Assembly: GCA_965197905.1 (NCBI GenBank)
Contig: CBDAOB010000004.1
Span: forward strand, 1,536,001-1,600,000
Length of the DNA: 64,000 bases
Source of the DNA: Candidatus Latescibacterota bacterium
GTDB taxonomy: Bacteria > Latescibacterota > UBA2968 > UBA8231
Direction of reading: 5' to 3'
Part shown: positions 61,595 to 64,000 of the stretch, one piece after another
How the letters are laid out: each line of letters opens with the position of its first letter
How positions within the stretch are numbered: the stretch's first letter is position 1
Made by a program: the position numbers and the translations under genes
The notes under the pieces: model-generated
What the model was told of the DNA's origin: nothing
What the model saw: only the letters and a program-made list of their open reading frames with translations
Database searches by the model: none

Positions 61595-62944
61595 TTACGC
61601 CGCGGTACAGCGATCAACGACGTCCATGATCTCGTCGACCATGTTCTCGCTGAGATCCTCACGCAACTGGTTCAACCTGTCGTGGTCGATATTGAGGGCC
61701 CGGAGTACGGAGTCGCTGTAGTCGCCCCGTTCGCCATGAGTGTATCCCAAACCCAGGTCCTTGCAGATCTGGTCACCTAGGTGGACCAGACTCACCAGCG
61801 GTCGTGGAAGGGGATCGGGATCGGAGTGGTTGGCCACGGCGCTCACCAGCTCCTGCGCCATGTTGGTCCGAATGAGCAGCAATTCGCCCACCTGTTCGTG
61901 GGTAGCGGTGTCGCCCATGCGGGTCTCGGCATCGCGGAAGGAGCCGGAGGACCCGTCCATTTGACCGAGCACCTTCTCGAAATAGTTCCAGAAGAAGAAT
62001 CCAAGTATGAGTTTGCCGATGTCGTGCAGAAGGGCGGCGATCCAGTAGTTGTCGCACTCCTCCCAATTGTCCACGTCAACCATCTGTTCCGCATAGATCC
62101 TGTCCACCAGCATCGCCGTACCCACCGAGTGCATCCAGAACCGTCGCAGGTCGAACTTGCTGTCTTCTGGTTTGACTAGGGTGTTGATGAGTTTAATCTG
62201 CAGGGCCATGCTGGCGATCTTCTTGCGTCCCAGCCGGACGATCGCCTCCCCCAACGTCCAGTCTCCTTTGTGCCCGGCACCGGCGAAAATCGGCGTGTTG
62301 ACGATCTGAATCAGCTTGTGAACGATGGATGAGTCGCTGAGCAGAACCTCCTCCAGCTCTTCGGCGGTAGACTCGGGATCGTTGAGCAGCTTCATGATGC
62401 GCAGAATGATTTCCGGCAGGGTTGGCAGGGTGTTCAGGTTTTTCAGCCGCCGCTGAACCCGCTGCTGCAAAACCCGGAAGGAGAGGTGCCGGGCCCCGTC
62501 GAACAATCCGGCGATGCCATTGCGCTCAAAGACTTCATCCACCATCTCCCGGAGGGAGTGTTCCCGCCCAGAGACGTGCTCCCAGGCAAAGACGAAGACG
62601 TTCTTGGCTTCTTTCGATAGGTCCTGGTGATGTCCCAGCAAGGCTTCGGGAACGAGGAGAAATACCGGAATCGAACCGCGAAGAGAGAGCGCCACCAGGC
62701 TGGTGGGTTTGCTGATCTTGTCATCCTGCACCACGAATACGCAGCGCACCTGCTTGGCGCGCTTCATCAGCACCGCACTGGCGTCGCCAATGCTGTCCAC
62801 CGTAGTGATGTTGAACCCGTAGAGATAACTCAACATCAGATTGAGGAATTTGAACACGGCCTCCTGCTGGTCGCCGGGCTGTTTGACGACCAGTGCGATC
62901 TCGTCGGAGGCAAGTTCTTTGCTCGTAACTTCCATCATAGCCAT
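61595..62944 (-). CDS. HDOD domain protein with N-terminal receiver-like region
   Basis: LPTLP, AIVRLG, FW-HS, LLHDIGKL and HEQVG motifs. Confidence 0.88.
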   Translation of the reverse strand: MAMMEVTSKELASDEIALVVKQPGDQQEAVFKFLNLMLSYLYGFNITTVDSIGDASAVLMKRAKQVRCVFVVQDDKISKPTSLVALSLRGSIPVFLLVPEALLGHHQDLSKEAKNVFVFAWEHVSGREHSLREMVDEVFERNGIAGLFDGARHLSFRVLQQRVQRRLKNLNTLPTLPEIILRIMKLLNDPESTAEELEEVLLSDSSIVHKLIQIVNTPIFAGAGHKGDWTLGEAIVRLGRKKIASMALQIKLINTLVKPEDSKFDLRRFWMHSVGTAMLVDRIYAEQMVDVDNWEECDNYWIAALLHDIGKLILGFFFWNYFEKVLGQMDGSSGSFRDAETRMGDTATHEQVGELLLIRTNMAQELVSAVANHSDPDPLPRPLVSLVHLGDQICKDLGLGYTHGERGDYSDSVLRALNIDHDRLNQLREDLSENMVDEIMDVVDRCTAA

Positions 62945-63056
62945 TACGTATTTATACTAGGTACAGTGAACCAATTATAGGTAAAAAACTGAACCAGACC
63001 AAAGAGTGGTCGGGGTGACGGGGCTCACATTGCGTTTCGCGTCCGGACGCGCCGGC

Positions 63057-64000
63057 CTAGAAGTTGGATGCCAGCTGACTCCCGAGCAGGTGCGCCGTCT
63101 TCGCCCCTTTGGGTCCTTGGCGGAAATTGAGCTGTAGAGTCGCTTTTAGCCTGAGGTTTCTGTTGAGGTAATAACCGAGTCCTGTTTCGAGACGTTGAAT
63201 GTCGTAGTCCCACGCGGCTTCGCTGCCGCTCCCATCATCGATCGAATCGTAGTCGATGCGTCCGTAGCGCAGGGCGGCGAAGATTCCCGGGCCCAGGGCA
63301 TATTTAGTTTCCACGTAACCACCCGTGCTTCCCAGACCCTCTTCCTCGAGGTTGGGCAGCTCCCAATAGTTGCGCGCCCATTCGGAATAGAATTCGAAGT
63401 GGCCTGCAGTGAATTCCACGTCGAAGCCGACAATGCGCTGGTTGTAGTCTTCCACGGTCCGACCGGCGGGGAAGTGGGCCCGGTGTTCGGCGCCCTTTTC
63501 GAGGTAGGGTCCATAGGCGCCCGAAAAACCCAGACGGAGTTCCATACTCGGTTGCCAACCTAGGCGCCCCACCAGCTGTCCCCCGTCGTTATCCTGCGCA
63601 TCGGGATTGGACAGAGCGCCCTTGGTGAGCGCCAGGGCGTAGCTGAAATGGGACAAGGAACCAAAGATCTGAACCCCGGTGTTCCAGCAGGCGTCGTAGA
63701 TCGTTGGTAGGCCTCTGCTGCGGTAGTTCGCGACGTCTCGCCGCGCCAGCTGGTCGGCGTTGTCGGCAGGTACGTCCCAGCCGCGGACGGCCGAGAAGTA
63801 CTGGTAGAGCGCTGGCACCCCGATGAGCGGATTTATCTCGGCAAAGGAACGCGTCGCGAAGGAACCGAACGCCGAGGGCATCTTGCCGACCAGGACATTG
63901 AGCTTTGCGGAATCCCGCACCTCGTTGATGACTACGTACGCCCCTTCCATCTCGAAGTGGCTCAAACCCTCGTCGAACAGGAATGTGGTAAAGACCTCGA
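63057..64000 (-). CDS. Outer-membrane beta-barrel (porin-like) protein, 5'-truncated by the window edge
   Basis: Frame is open to the window end; amphipathic beta strands and C-terminal Phe. Confidence 0.7.
   Translation of the reverse strand, partial: EVFTTFLFDEGLSHFEMEGAYVVINEVRDSAKLNVLVGKMPSAFGSFATRSFAEINPLIGVPALYQYFSAVRGWDVPADNADQLARRDVANYRSRGLPTIYDACWNTGVQIFGSLSHFSYALALTKGALSNPDAQDNDGGQLVGRLGWQPSMELRLGFSGAYGPYLEKGAEHRAHFPAGRTVEDYNQRIVGFDVEFTAGHFEFYSEWARNYWELPNLEEEGLGSTGGYVETKYALGPGIFAALRYGRIDYDSIDDGSGSEAAWDYDIQRLETGLGYYLNRNLRLKATLQLNFRQGPKGAKTAHLLGSQLASNF

Overview
A GC-rich bacterial chromosome segment with about 60 genes. It probably comes from an FCB-group lineage such as Latescibacterota; this is inferred from the cohesin/dockerin-like modules, a T9SS-type C-terminal domain and many SDR, Gfo/Idh/MocA and PhyH enzymes. 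Housekeeping content includes tRNA-Ala(GGC), an mfd-PPIase-surA-S4-methyltransferase-nrnA-argF run, moaC, icd, CIRCE-controlled groEL without groES, comM/yifB and tesA-ybbAP. The accessory region at about 24-39 kb holds a PhnZ-like HD oxygenase with PhyH, TauD, two SDRs, a 2-hydroxyacid dehydrogenase, a DUF3604-like hydrolase and a dipeptidase, which together may form a new organophosphonate-type catabolic pathway. It is followed by a nitrilase gene broken into seven out-of-order pieces, two of them inverted, and a sigZ-arsM unit. Other notable items are a GT2 plus TMTC-like (GT-C/TPR) candidate protein O-glycosylation pair, a KARI paralogue with altered active-site residues, a catalytically degenerate M23 beside a bactofilin, an archaeal-type TrmY and four frameshifted genes including flagellin. 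I saw no CRISPR array, rRNA, integrase or transposase. All product calls come from motif recognition by eye, with no database search.
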